Below are positions 9,554-19,772 of a DNA stretch of 64,000 bases, in pieces; position 1 is the stretch's first letter, and each line of letters opens with the position of its first letter. The DNA comes from Peptostreptococcaceae bacterium (GTDB taxonomy: Bacteria; Bacillota; Clostridia; Peptostreptococcales; Acidaminobacteraceae): assembly GCA_027064135.1 (NCBI GenBank), contig JAMOQG010000044.1, positions 16,274 through 80,273 on the forward strand. The letters are read 5' to 3'. A program made the position numbers and the translations under genes. The notes beneath the pieces are model-generated. The model was not told the origin of the DNA, searched no databases, and saw nothing but the letters and a program-made list of their open reading frames with translations.

Positions 9554-11593
9554 ATGAAACTGTCAGATGCTATTGTACCAATTATAGTGGTTTTTATAAT
9601 TATATCGATAATTGTACCTATGCCGTTGCCGATGGTAGATTTTGCGTTAGCAATTAATATTGCACTTGCGCTTTTAATATTGCTTATTGCTATGTTTCTT
9701 AAAAGACCACTTGATTTTTCAGTGTTTCCATCACTATTGTTGATTGTAACTATTTTTAGGCTGGCTTTAAATATAACGACTACACGTTATATCTTATCAG
9801 AAGGTGAAGCAGGTCAAGTTATTGAAGCGTTTGGAAAGTTTGCCATTAAAGGTGATGCTATTGTTGGATTTATAGTATTTTTAATTATTATTATTGTTCA
9901 ATTCTTAGTTATAACAAAAGGTTCTGAAAGAGTATCTGAGGTTGCTGCAAGATTTACTTTAGATGCAATGCCTGGTAAACAAATGGCAATTGATGCTGAT
10001 TTAAATGCAGGACTTATTACTGAATCGGAAGCAAGAGAAAAAAGAAAAAATATACAAGGTGAAGCTGATTTTTATGGTTCCATGGATGGTGCATCTAAAT
10101 TTGTTAAAGGTGATGCTATTGCTGGGATAATAATTACTATAATAAATATTTTAGCGGGTTTTGGAATAGGAAGTATTAGATTTGATTTAGATATTGCACA
10201 AGCACTTCAAAAATATACATTACTTACAGTGGGGGATGGTCTTGTTAGTCAAATACCAGCATTAATGATTTCAACTGCAACTGGTATTGTTGTAACTCGT
10301 GCGGCATCAGATTCAGATTTAGGTACTGATGTTATTAAACAACTTTTTAATCAACCGATGGTTATGTTTATTGTTTCTGGAGTGTTATTCCTTTTAGGAT
10401 TAACTCCACTTCCAACACTGCCATTTGTAATATTGTCAGTTGGATTTCTTTATTTGGGATATTTGTTTAGAAGTGAAATTCGTAAAGCGGTTGAAGAATC
10501 AGAAGGTGCAGTTGAAGAAGATTATCAGAAAGATGAAAGTGATAAAATTAAAAGTCCTGAAAACATCTTACCACTACTAGAAATTGATCCTATTGAGCTT
10601 GAGTTCGGATATGGTGTTATTCCACTTGCCGATCCAAATCAAGGTGGAGACTTATTTGATAGACTTGTTATGATAAGACGGCAAATAGCTCTAGAATTAG
10701 GAATTGTTGTTCCAATGATAAGACTTAGAGATAATATTCAACTTGAATCGAATGAGTATATTATTAAAATAAATGGAAATTTAGTTGCAAATGGTAGTAT
10801 TATGTTTGACCATTTTTTAGCAATGAATCCAGGAACTGTTGAAGGTGAAATTGAAGGCATTGATACAGTTGAACCGGCTTTTGGTCTTCCAGCAAAATGG
10901 GTTTCAAGTGATAATAGAGAAAATGCTGAAATTCTTGGTTATACTGTTGTTGATCCGTCTTCTATGATTTCTACTCATTTAACAGAAATTATTAAAAAAT
11001 ATTCATTTGAATTATTAGGAAGACAAGAAACAAAGAGCTTGATTGATAATGTTTCTGAAATGAATCCAACAGTTGTTGGTGAGTTAATTCCAAATATTTT
11101 AGGAATTGGAGATATTCAAAAAGTTCTTAAAAATTTACTTAGAGAGAGAATTTCAATTAGAAATTTAGTTAAAATATTAGAGACTCTTGCTGATTATGGT
11201 AATCAAACAGCAGATGTTAATGTACTTACTGAATATGTTAGGCAAGGATTAAGTAGACAAATTTCTGAAATTTATTTTCCGAATAAAGCAGGAAAAATAA
11301 TTACTTTTAAACAAGAAATGGAAAATATGCTAATGGAATCTATTGAGCAGACAAGTGGAATGGGGTATTTATCTATCGATCCTATGACTTCTCAAAAGAT
11401 AATTAATTCAATTGCATCGGAACTGAGGAGCTTAGTTAGTATTGGAGAAGAACCTATTTTAGTTACTGCGCCAATAGTAAGATTTTATATAAAACAGTTA
11501 ACTGAGCAGTCATTGCCTGATCTAATTGTATTATCTTATAATGAAATTGAAAACGATATTAATTTAGAATCAGTTGGGATGGTGGAAATTTAG
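9554..11593 (+). CDS. flhA: flagellar export gate protein FlhA
   Basis: 679 aa. FHIPEP-family motifs RV.EVAARFTLDAMPGKQMAIDADLN.G and FYG.MDGASKFVKGDAIAGI. Confidence 0.95.
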   Translation: MKLSDAIVPIIVVFIIISIIVPMPLPMVDFALAINIALALLILLIAMFLKRPLDFSVFPSLLLIVTIFRLALNITTTRYILSEGEAGQVIEAFGKFAIKGDAIVGFIVFLIIIIVQFLVITKGSERVSEVAARFTLDAMPGKQMAIDADLNAGLITESEAREKRKNIQGEADFYGSMDGASKFVKGDAIAGIIITIINILAGFGIGSIRFDLDIAQALQKYTLLTVGDGLVSQIPALMISTATGIVVTRAASDSDLGTDVIKQLFNQPMVMFIVSGVLFLLGLTPLPTLPFVILSVGFLYLGYLFRSEIRKAVEESEGAVEEDYQKDESDKIKSPENILPLLEIDPIELEFGYGVIPLADPNQGGDLFDRLVMIRRQIALELGIVVPMIRLRDNIQLESNEYIIKINGNLVANGSIMFDHFLAMNPGTVEGEIEGIDTVEPAFGLPAKWVSSDNRENAEILGYTVVDPSSMISTHLTEIIKKYSFELLGRQETKSLIDNVSEMNPTVVGELIPNILGIGDIQKVLKNLLRERISIRNLVKILETLADYGNQTADVNVLTEYVRQGLSRQISEIYFPNKAGKIITFKQEMENMLMESIEQTSGMGYLSIDPMTSQKIINSIASELRSLVSIGEEPILVTAPIVRFYIKQLTEQSLPDLIVLSYNEIENDINLESVGMVEI

Positions 11594-12762
11594 TGAAAAT
11601 CCGAAGATTTGTTGGACGTGATATGAATGAAGCAATTATTAAAGTGAAATCAGAATTAGGCATAGATGCGGTAATATTAAATAGTAGAAAAATAAAACAG
11701 CCAGGAATTTTAGGCTTTTTTAAGAAAAATGTTGTAGAAGTAGTTGCGGCAATTGACGAGGATTATAAGATTGAAACTAAATATTCTAAAAAAAGCAAAA
11801 TAAAAACAAAATTAGAACCTGAAAAGACTGATGAAACTACTATTGTTGAGCCTAAAAAGAATACTGAAATGGATACCAAAATTGATAAATTGACAATGTT
11901 GGTTGAAAATTTAGAGAAAAAAATAAGTTCAATTGAAAATAGCGAAATACGAGAAAATTATGTAACTCAAAAAAAAGTTGAAAATAATTTTGACAAATAT
12001 ATTAAATTATTAACTGATAATGATTTGAGTGAAAAAGTTTCTACACAAATAATGAATCAAGTTAATAAAAGAATTTCAGTAGATTCAAATAATGAAAAAA
12101 CAATTTTAAATGCAATGAAAATTGTAATAAAAGATTATTTAGGCGAACCAGATGAAATATTATCGAATTATAACGAACAAAAAGTTTTTATGTTTGTAGG
12201 TCCTACTGGAGTGGGGAAAACAACTACTTTAGCTAAATTAGCTGCAAAATTATCATTAAGAGAAAATAAAAAAGTTGGTTTAATAACTGCGGATACTTAT
12301 AGAATCGCGGCTGTTGAACAACTTAAAACTTATAGTGAGATTCTTGGAATACCATTAAGTGTTATTTATGAAACCGATGAAATGGATGATGCGATAAATG
12401 ATTTTAAAGATAAAGATTTTATTCTTATTGACACTGCAGGAAGAAATTATAAAGATAAAATATTGAAAGAAGAATTAGAAGGTATGCTTAAATATATTAA
12501 GGATCCAGAAGTTTATTTGGTTTTAAGTTTGGTTGCAGATTATAAGAATCTTGTTAATGTTATAAAATCATATGATTTTATTGAAAATTGCAAATTAATA
12601 TTCACTAAATATGATGAAGCGGTTACATTTGGAAATATTCTAAACGTTAAAATGTTTGCTAATAAGAAACTTTCTTATATTACAAATGGTCAAAGTGTTC
12701 CAGATGATATAGAACTCTTGAATATTGACGTGTTGGCTGATATAATTGTAGGTGATAAGTAA
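11593..12762 (+). CDS. flhF: flagellar SRP-type GTPase FlhF
   Basis: 389 aa, GTG start overlapping the flhA stop. GPTGVGKTTTLAKLAA, DTAGR and TK.DE motifs. Confidence 0.9.
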   Translation: MKIRRFVGRDMNEAIIKVKSELGIDAVILNSRKIKQPGILGFFKKNVVEVVAAIDEDYKIETKYSKKSKIKTKLEPEKTDETTIVEPKKNTEMDTKIDKLTMLVENLEKKISSIENSEIRENYVTQKKVENNFDKYIKLLTDNDLSEKVSTQIMNQVNKRISVDSNNEKTILNAMKIVIKDYLGEPDEILSNYNEQKVFMFVGPTGVGKTTTLAKLAAKLSLRENKKVGLITADTYRIAAVEQLKTYSEILGIPLSVIYETDEMDDAINDFKDKDFILIDTAGRNYKDKILKEELEGMLKYIKDPEVYLVLSLVADYKNLVNVIKSYDFIENCKLIFTKYDEAVTFGNILNVKMFANKKLSYITNGQSVPDDIELLNIDVLADIIVGDK

Positions 12763-13634
12763 TGGATCAAGCTGAAAAACTTAGAAATTTAATTAATAAA
12801 AGTGAAAAAGATATTGAAGATATTGAAGATGATGCAAATGATGCAAGAATTATTGCAATTTCAAGTGGTAAAGGTGGAGTGGGTAAAACAAATATTTCTG
12901 TGAACCTTGCAATTTCACTTGCTAAAATGGGTAAAAAAGTTGTAATAGTAGATGCTGATCTCGGACTTGCCAATATTGATGTTGTTCTTGGTATTATTCC
13001 TAAATATAATTTAGTTCATGTATTGAAAGATGATATGGAAATTAAAGATATTATTGTTGAAGGACCTATGGGGATAACGTTATTATCAGGTGGTTCTGGA
13101 ATTATTGATTTTGTTAATCTTGAAGATGAAGAACTTAAAAATTTGATTGATGGATTCAAATTTCTTAATAAAAATCATGATTATATTATTATTGATACTG
13201 GAGCTGGAATTAATAAATCTGTGTTGTCTTTTATAGAAGCTTCTAGTGAGGTTATAGTTGTTGTGACACCAGATCCTACTTCAATTACAGATTCTTATGC
13301 ACTATTAAAGAATATTTCTTCATATGAAAAAGATGTAAGTATTTTAATTAATATGGCTACATCTAACACAGAAGCTCATTCTGTATATAATAAAATATCA
13401 CTTGCAAGTGAGAAATTTTTAAAAATGAAATTGAATAAATTAGGATTTTTATATGATGACAATCATGTAACTAAAGCGGTTAGAATGCAGAAACCTTTTT
13501 TACTTGAGTTTCCGAATTGCTTGGCTAGCAAGGGAATAGAACTATTATCTTATAATTTAGATAGTAATGCAAATGAAGAGACTAAGGTAAGCAAATTTTC
13601 GAATTTTATAAATAATTTGTTTACTAGAAAATAA
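12762..13634 (+). CDS. flhG: MinD/ParA-type ATPase FlhG (YlxH)
   Basis: 290 aa. Deviant Walker A SGKGGVGKTN. Sits directly downstream of flhF. Confidence 0.85.
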   Translation: MDQAEKLRNLINKSEKDIEDIEDDANDARIIAISSGKGGVGKTNISVNLAISLAKMGKKVVIVDADLGLANIDVVLGIIPKYNLVHVLKDDMEIKDIIVEGPMGITLLSGGSGIIDFVNLEDEELKNLIDGFKFLNKNHDYIIIDTGAGINKSVLSFIEASSEVIVVVTPDPTSITDSYALLKNISSYEKDVSILINMATSNTEAHSVYNKISLASEKFLKMKLNKLGFLYDDNHVTKAVRMQKPFLLEFPNCLASKGIELLSYNLDSNANEETKVSKFSNFINNLFTRK

Positions 13635-13636
13635 AG

Positions 13637-14347
13637 GTGATTATTATGAATACAATTAAGATGTTAAAACCAAGAGGAAACATTCAAATCATAGAAGAAG
13701 TAAATGGTGAAAGAGTTGAATTAAAATCAACGATTATTGGAGTAGATTCTGAAAATAATAGACTTCTTATTTATAATCCGATTTATAAAAATCGAATTTA
13801 TACTCTTTCTAGAGATAAAATTTATAATTTTAGATATATTGACAATAAAACGGGTATATACTCATTTAATGGGAAGATATTAAATCGTATTAAAGAAAAA
13901 GGTCTTTATATTTTAAAAGTCGAATTACTAGGTGAGTTAAAGAAAATTCAAAGAAGAGAGTTTTTTAGGATTGATGTAATAAAAAATATCATTATTAAAG
14001 AACCGTATGAAGAAGAATATAGCGAGTCATTGAAAATGATTGAATTAATTGATAAAATCAAATTCAGTGAGAAAAAATACTTGTTAAAAGATATTAGTGG
14101 TGGTGGTTTTGGTTTTTACTCAAATGATAAATTTTCGATAGGAAAAATAATTGTATCTAAATTAAAGCTTGGAACAGAAGATATTGAAATTATGGGGAAA
14201 GTAGTAAGAGTTATAACTATGGATGGTGAAAATAAAAAATATTTAATTGGAGTCCAGCATTTGCAATTGACAACTTATAAAAGAAATTTGATTATTAATT
14301 TTATTTATGAGAAGCAGAGGCAAATGAGACAAAAAGGGTTGATATAA
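13637..14347 (+). CDS. PilZ-domain c-di-GMP receptor (YcgR/MotI-like flagellar brake)
   Basis: 236 aa. Both PilZ motifs are intact: RxxxR in QRREFFRIDV and D.S..G in KDISGGGFGF. Embedded in the fla/che operon. Confidence 0.75.
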   Translation: MIIMNTIKMLKPRGNIQIIEEVNGERVELKSTIIGVDSENNRLLIYNPIYKNRIYTLSRDKIYNFRYIDNKTGIYSFNGKILNRIKEKGLYILKVELLGELKKIQRREFFRIDVIKNIIIKEPYEEEYSESLKMIELIDKIKFSEKKYLLKDISGGGFGFYSNDKFSIGKIIVSKLKLGTEDIEIMGKVVRVITMDGENKKYLIGVQHLQLTTYKRNLIINFIYEKQRQMRQKGLI

Positions 14348-15402
14348 TGATAAAAGTATTAATAGTTGATGATTCTGCATTTATGAGAAAATTAATCAGC
14401 GAAATAGTAAATTCATCTGACAAACTTGAAACTGTTGGGAAAGCTAAAAATGGTGAGGAAGCTCTTGCTATGATTGCAACTCTTAAACCAGATGTTATAA
14501 CTATGGATGTTGAGATGCCTGTGATGAATGGTCAAATTGCACTTGAAAAAATAATGTCTTCTAATCCTCTTCCAGTTGTAATGCTGAGCGCGGTTACTAA
14601 AGAGGGTGCTGATTCTACAATGCGAGCGCTTGATGCTGGTGCGGTAGATTTTATAACTAAACCTGGAAGTATATTTAAAGTTAAAGAAGATGAAATTCAA
14701 AAAGACATTATTGATAAAATAATTATTGCTTCAAAAGTAAATGTTAAAAAAAATAGTTATTTATCTGGTACAAAAAAAAGTGTAGTTTTGAAAAATGCAA
14801 ATAAAATTAGAAAAGTAAAAAAAGGAAAACTTTCGAAAATTATTGCTATAGGCACTTCAACTGGTGGTCCTAGAGCTTTACAACGTGTAATTCCCAAAAT
14901 ACCGGGAGATATAAATGCTGCTATATTGGTGGTGCAACATATGCCGCCAGGATTTACAAAATCTTTATCTGAAAGGCTCAATAACATTTCAGAATTAGAA
15001 GTAAAAGAATCGGAAGGTAATGAAGAGCTGTTGGCAGGAGTTGTATATATTGCACCGGGGGATAAACATTTAAAGATAAAAAAAATTGGTGGAAAATATT
15101 TTACTTATTTAGATGATGGTGATTTAGTTTCTGGTCATAGGCCTTCTGTAGATGCGATGTTTAATTCCATTAATGAAAATAATATCAAAAATGTAATTGG
15201 AGTAATTATGACTGGAATGGGCAAAGATGGAGCAGAAGAAATGAAAGTATTGCGAGACAACGAAAATTATACAATTGCTCAAGATGAAGAAAGCTGTGTT
15301 GTTTTTGGTATGCCAAAGAGTGCAATTAATATAGGGGCAGTTTCAGAAGTTGTTGAATTAGATAAAATTGCTAATTCGATAATAAAAGCTATGGAGGTGT
15401 AA
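14347..15402 (+). CDS. cheB: chemotaxis methylesterase/response regulator CheB
   Basis: 351 aa. REC domain (KVLIVDDSAFMR, MDVEMP.MNG) plus esterase domain (IAIGTSTGGPRAL, QHMP.GFT, GMG.DG). Confidence 0.9.
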   Translation: MIKVLIVDDSAFMRKLISEIVNSSDKLETVGKAKNGEEALAMIATLKPDVITMDVEMPVMNGQIALEKIMSSNPLPVVMLSAVTKEGADSTMRALDAGAVDFITKPGSIFKVKEDEIQKDIIDKIIIASKVNVKKNSYLSGTKKSVVLKNANKIRKVKKGKLSKIIAIGTSTGGPRALQRVIPKIPGDINAAILVVQHMPPGFTKSLSERLNNISELEVKESEGNEELLAGVVYIAPGDKHLKIKKIGGKYFTYLDDGDLVSGHRPSVDAMFNSINENNIKNVIGVIMTGMGKDGAEEMKVLRDNENYTIAQDEESCVVFGMPKSAINIGAVSEVVELDKIANSIIKAMEV

Positions 15403-15404
15403 TT

Positions 15405-17453
15405 ATGGATATGAATCAATATCTGGAAATTTTTATCGATGAATCAAAAGAACATTTACAGGAAATGAATCAAATATTACTTGAATTGGAGAATAAACCC
15501 GACAATTTAAAATTACTTGATGCAATTTTTAGAATCGCACATACAATTAAAGGTATGGCTGGAACTATGGGTTATAGTAAGATTACAAATTTAACTCATA
15601 AAATGGAAAGTTTAATGCATGAAGTGAGAACTGGCAATGTTAAAATAAGTGAAAAAATTGTTGATGTTTTGTTTGAGTGTTTTGATGCTTTAGAAGAGTA
15701 TGTAGAAAATTTAATCGCAAATGGAGAAGAAGGGGCTTTAGATACTGAAGATTTAGTAAATAAATTAGCTGCTTTTATTTCAAATGGCGGAGATGTAGAA
15801 ATTGAAAAAACAGTTAGTAAGTCAACTGTAGATACTGAAGAAAAGAATGATGGTGAGCACAAATTTTCAATTGAATTTGATGAAATAACTAGGAATGTTA
15901 TTAATAAAGCTATTGAATCTGATGTTAATATATTTAAGATAGATGTTATTCTTGATGAAAATTGTATGCTTAAAGCAGCAAGATCATTTATTGTTTTTAA
16001 TAAATTAGAAAATTTAGGAGAAGTTATTTCTTCAAAACCAGATGTTGAATTAATAGAAGATGAAAAATTTGATTTGAATTTTGAGATTCTTTATTTTACC
16101 AAATTAGATCAATTGACACTTCATAATGAATTGATAAATATTTCTGAAATTCGTGAGGTAGTTATTGAAGAAATAGATGAAAAACTTGAAGTCGAAAAAC
16201 TTGATGACACTAATGATATAGTTGAAACTAAAGATAAAAAAATAGAAAAAAAATCTAATAAATCAAAAGAGAAAGGTAAGAAAAAACATGCAAAAAAAGC
16301 TTCTAAAACTGTTCGTGTAGATATTGAAAGACTTGATAATTTAATGAATCTTGTTAGCGAATTAATTATTATTAAAACTAGATTAGAAGATGGTGGAAAT
16401 CGACATAGTGAGGGAAGAACTTCTGAAATGCATGAAACAATAGAGTATCTTGAAAGAATTACGACTAGTTTACATGATGCAGTTATGAAAGTAAGGATGG
16501 TACCGGTTGAAAGAACTTTCAACAGATTCCCAAGAATGGTTAGAGATTTATCTAAAGATTTAGGAAAAGGTATTAATTTAGTTATGAGTGGTGAAGATAC
16601 GGAAGTTGATAGAACTGTAATTGATGAAATTGGCGATCCTTTAATTCATTTAATTAGAAATTCAATTGATCATGGTATTGAAGATAAAGCTACAAGAATT
16701 GCAAGAGGAAAAGATGAAAATGGTACTGTTGCATTAAGAGCATATCCTGATGGTAATACTGTTGTTATAGAAGTCGAAGATGATGGAAATGGTATTGACA
16801 GTGAAGCTATTAAAAATATAGCAATTGAACGAAAATTTTTAACTGAAAGTGAAGTTGTACAATTATCTGAAAAAGAAGTTATTAATTTACTATTTAATGC
16901 TGGTTTCTCAACTGCTAAGGAAGTAACTGATTTATCAGGTAGAGGAGTAGGACTCGATGTTGTTAAATCGAAGATAGAATCATTAAATGGAACAGTTGAA
17001 GTGGATACTGTTTTAGGAAAGGGTAGTAAATTTATAATTAGATTACCATTAACTCTTGCTATAATTCAAGCTTTAATGATAACTTTAAAAGAAGAAATTT
17101 ATGCGATTCCTCTTAATAATATTAAAGAAATTTCTACAATTAACTCAGAAGAAATTTCAATGATACAAGATCAAGAAGTCGTTCTTTATAGAGGAAAAAC
17201 ATTACCGCTAATTAGATTAGGTTCAATACTTAATACAAAAAAATATGAGAAAAACATTGGAGACATGTTAGTGGTTGTTGTTAAAAAAGGTGATGAAGAG
17301 GCTGGTATTATTGTTGATGAATTGATTGGTCAGCAAGAAATAGTTATTAAATCTTTGGGTAAATATTTAAAAGGTATAAATATTATTGCGGGTGCTACTA
17401 TTTTAGGTAATGGTGGAGTTGCGCTTATTGTAGACTCAAATCAATTATTCTAA
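15405..17453 (+). CDS. cheA: chemotaxis histidine kinase CheA
   Basis: 682 aa. Hpt box FRIAHTIKGMAG, H/N/G boxes (DPLIHLIRNSIDHGIE, EDDGNGID, GRGVGLDVVK). C-terminal CheW-like domain. Confidence 0.95.
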   Translation: MDMNQYLEIFIDESKEHLQEMNQILLELENKPDNLKLLDAIFRIAHTIKGMAGTMGYSKITNLTHKMESLMHEVRTGNVKISEKIVDVLFECFDALEEYVENLIANGEEGALDTEDLVNKLAAFISNGGDVEIEKTVSKSTVDTEEKNDGEHKFSIEFDEITRNVINKAIESDVNIFKIDVILDENCMLKAARSFIVFNKLENLGEVISSKPDVELIEDEKFDLNFEILYFTKLDQLTLHNELINISEIREVVIEEIDEKLEVEKLDDTNDIVETKDKKIEKKSNKSKEKGKKKHAKKASKTVRVDIERLDNLMNLVSELIIIKTRLEDGGNRHSEGRTSEMHETIEYLERITTSLHDAVMKVRMVPVERTFNRFPRMVRDLSKDLGKGINLVMSGEDTEVDRTVIDEIGDPLIHLIRNSIDHGIEDKATRIARGKDENGTVALRAYPDGNTVVIEVEDDGNGIDSEAIKNIAIERKFLTESEVVQLSEKEVINLLFNAGFSTAKEVTDLSGRGVGLDVVKSKIESLNGTVEVDTVLGKGSKFIIRLPLTLAIIQALMITLKEEIYAIPLNNIKEISTINSEEISMIQDQEVVLYRGKTLPLIRLGSILNTKKYEKNIGDMLVVVVKKGDEEAGIIVDELIGQQEIVIKSLGKYLKGINIIAGATILGNGGVALIVDSNQLF

Positions 17454-17465
17454 AGGAGGGTTAAA

Positions 17466-17909
17466 ATGGAAGATTTAAGAGAATATGTTGTTTTTAAAAT
17501 TGACAATGAATATTACGGAATAAATATAAAATTTGTTGAAAATATTGAGAAGGCACAATCAATCACAAGGGTACCTTTTGCACAATCTTATCTTGAAGGT
17601 GTAATTAATTTAAGAGGTAATATTATTCCTGTTGTCAATTTAAGAGAAAGATTTATGATGGAAAGTAAAGATATAACAAAAGATACTAGAATTATTATTA
17701 TTAACTTTAGCGGATACAATATTGGTTTGGTTGTGGATTCATCATCTGAAGTTGTTCAATTTGATGAAGAAAATATTGAGAAAGCACCCAAAATTGGTAA
17801 TTTAGCTAAAAATGATTTTATTAAAGAAGTTGGAAAAGAAAATGAACGGATTGTAATGCTTATCGATATAAAGAAAGTTCTTGATATTGTAGAATTAGAA
17901 AGTAAGTAG
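17466..17909 (+). CDS. cheW: chemotaxis coupling protein CheW
   Basis: 147 aa. YVVFKIDNEYYGI.I..V..I......TRVP.....L.GVINLRG.IIPV.NLR pattern. Confidence 0.9.
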   Translation: MEDLREYVVFKIDNEYYGINIKFVENIEKAQSITRVPFAQSYLEGVINLRGNIIPVVNLRERFMMESKDITKDTRIIIINFSGYNIGLVVDSSSEVVQFDEENIEKAPKIGNLAKNDFIKEVGKENERIVMLIDIKKVLDIVELESK

Positions 17910-17914
17910 GTGGA

Positions 17915-18529
17915 TTGATGTCTGATTCAATTGAATTTTTAAATGGAATAGTACTAGATGTTTTAAAAGAAATCGGGAATATTGGCGCTGGAAATGCAGC
18001 GACTTCACTTGCTAAAATGCTTAATAAAAAAATAGATATGGATGTACCACAAGTTAAGTTATTAGAATTTAAAGACGTTCCATCATTAATTGGCGGGGAA
18101 GAGAACTTAATAATTGGAATATATTTTAATTTGGAAGGCGATTTAACTGGTTCTTTTATGTTTTTGCTTGATAAAGAATCTGCATTAGGATTATTAAATA
18201 TGATAATGCCTATGGAATTTACAGAATTTGATGAAATGTGTAATTCTGCATTAAAAGAAATTGGAAACATTTTATCAGGTGCATATATTTCGTCATTAGC
18301 TTCATTGACTAATTTAGAAATATCAATTTCAGTGCCTTTTATAAGTTATGATATGGCAGGCGCAATTTTGAGCGTCCCAGCAATTCAATTTGGTATGGTA
18401 AGTGACAATGTCTTAATTGTTGAAAACAATTTTTTTGAAGATAATAAATTTGATTCAATAAAAGGTTATTTTTTATTAGTACCTGATTTGGATTCTTATG
18501 ATACGTTGCTAAAAAGTTTAGGAGTATAA
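17915..18529 (+). CDS. cheC: CheY-P phosphatase CheC
   Basis: 204 aa. Duplicated CheC motifs LKEIGNIGAGNAATSLAKML and ALKEIGNILSGAYISSLA. Confidence 0.8.
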   Translation: MMSDSIEFLNGIVLDVLKEIGNIGAGNAATSLAKMLNKKIDMDVPQVKLLEFKDVPSLIGGEENLIIGIYFNLEGDLTGSFMFLLDKESALGLLNMIMPMEFTEFDEMCNSALKEIGNILSGAYISSLASLTNLEISISVPFISYDMAGAILSVPAIQFGMVSDNVLIVENNFFEDNKFDSIKGYFLLVPDLDSYDTLLKSLGV

Positions 18530-18531
18530 AT

Positions 18532-19017
18532 ATGGGAGAAATTATTAAAGTGGGAATGGCAGATTTAAAAGTGACTAAATACCCGAATTCTTTAACCACT
18601 TTAGGACTTGGTTCATGCGTTGGTATTTGCCTATATGATAAAAAAACAAAAAATATTGGCATGGCGCATATTATGTTACCTTCTAGTAAACAGATTAGAA
18701 ATAATCAAAATAAATATAAATTTGCTGATACAGCATTAGTTTTAATGATAGAAGAAATGAAGAAAAAAGGAACAATTCCTAGAAACCTTGTTGCTAAAAT
18801 TGCAGGTGGAGCTAAAATGTTTAATTTTAATTCAATGAGTGAAAGTATGAATGTTGGTCAAAGAAATAGTGAAGCTGTTCGAGAATTACTTAAATTATTA
18901 AAAATTAAATTAATTGCAGATGATTGTGGTGGTAATTTTGGAAGAACAATAGTTTTTGATTCTGAAAATGGTGGTTTGCAGATAAAAACTATTGGACATG
19001 GAATTGAAACTATTTAA
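18532..19017 (+). CDS. cheD: chemoreceptor glutamine deamidase CheD
   Basis: 161 aa. T.GLGSCVGI catalytic Cys motif, GMAH.MLP, GGA.MF. Confidence 0.9.
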   Translation: MGEIIKVGMADLKVTKYPNSLTTLGLGSCVGICLYDKKTKNIGMAHIMLPSSKQIRNNQNKYKFADTALVLMIEEMKKKGTIPRNLVAKIAGGAKMFNFNSMSESMNVGQRNSEAVRELLKLLKIKLIADDCGGNFGRTIVFDSENGGLQIKTIGHGIETI

Positions 19018-19028
19018 GGAGTAATGTT

Positions 19029-19757
19029 ATGGTGAGTAAAAGTCTTTGGATCGAATATAAAGAGAATGGCAGTCATGATGCGAAGAATGAATTAATTATT
19101 CAATATGTTGAGTTAGTTAAGATTATTGCAGGAAGACTTTTTACAAAATACAACGGAAATGTTTTATATGATGATTTAATTGGTTATGGAATTATAGGCC
19201 TTATTGATGCGATAGAGAAATTTGATTATAAAAGAAAAATTAAATTTAGAACTTATGCAAATATTAGAATTAGAGGCGCTATAATTGATCAATTAAGAGC
19301 TATTGATTGGGTTCCAAGAAGCATAAGAGCAAAACATAAAGAATTTGAAAGAGTTATGGATAAACTTCAAAATCTTCACGGTGATAGAATAACTGATAGT
19401 ATGATTGAAAAAGAAATGGGGATATCTCACGATGAATATATTGATTTTTTAGATGAAATTTCAATATATTCAGTATATTCTTTAGATAAAAAATTTAGTG
19501 AATCAATGAATTTTGATATTAAATCTGATTATTTGGAATTTCAACCTGAAAATTCTTATGAAAAAAAAGAATTATTAAAAGAACTATCGGTAGCTGTCGA
19601 TACATTAAATGAAAGAGAAAAAAAGATTATTCAATTATATTACTATTCTGAATTAACTTATAAGGAGATGTCAATAATATTGAATATTACTGAATCAAGG
19701 ATTTCTCAATTGCATTCACAAATTGTTGCTAAATTGAAAGGAAAACTGGAATTTTAA
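19029..19757 (+). CDS. sigD: flagellar sigma factor SigD/FliA (sigma-28)
   Basis: 242 aa. Region 2 (LI.YGIIGLIDAIEKFD, F.TYA..RIRGAI.D.LR). Region 4.2 HTH (LTYKEMS.ILNITESRISQLHS). Confidence 0.9.
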   Translation: MVSKSLWIEYKENGSHDAKNELIIQYVELVKIIAGRLFTKYNGNVLYDDLIGYGIIGLIDAIEKFDYKRKIKFRTYANIRIRGAIIDQLRAIDWVPRSIRAKHKEFERVMDKLQNLHGDRITDSMIEKEMGISHDEYIDFLDEISIYSVYSLDKKFSESMNFDIKSDYLEFQPENSYEKKELLKELSVAVDTLNEREKKIIQLYYYSELTYKEMSIILNITESRISQLHSQIVAKLKGKLEF

Positions 19758-19772
19758 TAATAGGGGAAAAAA

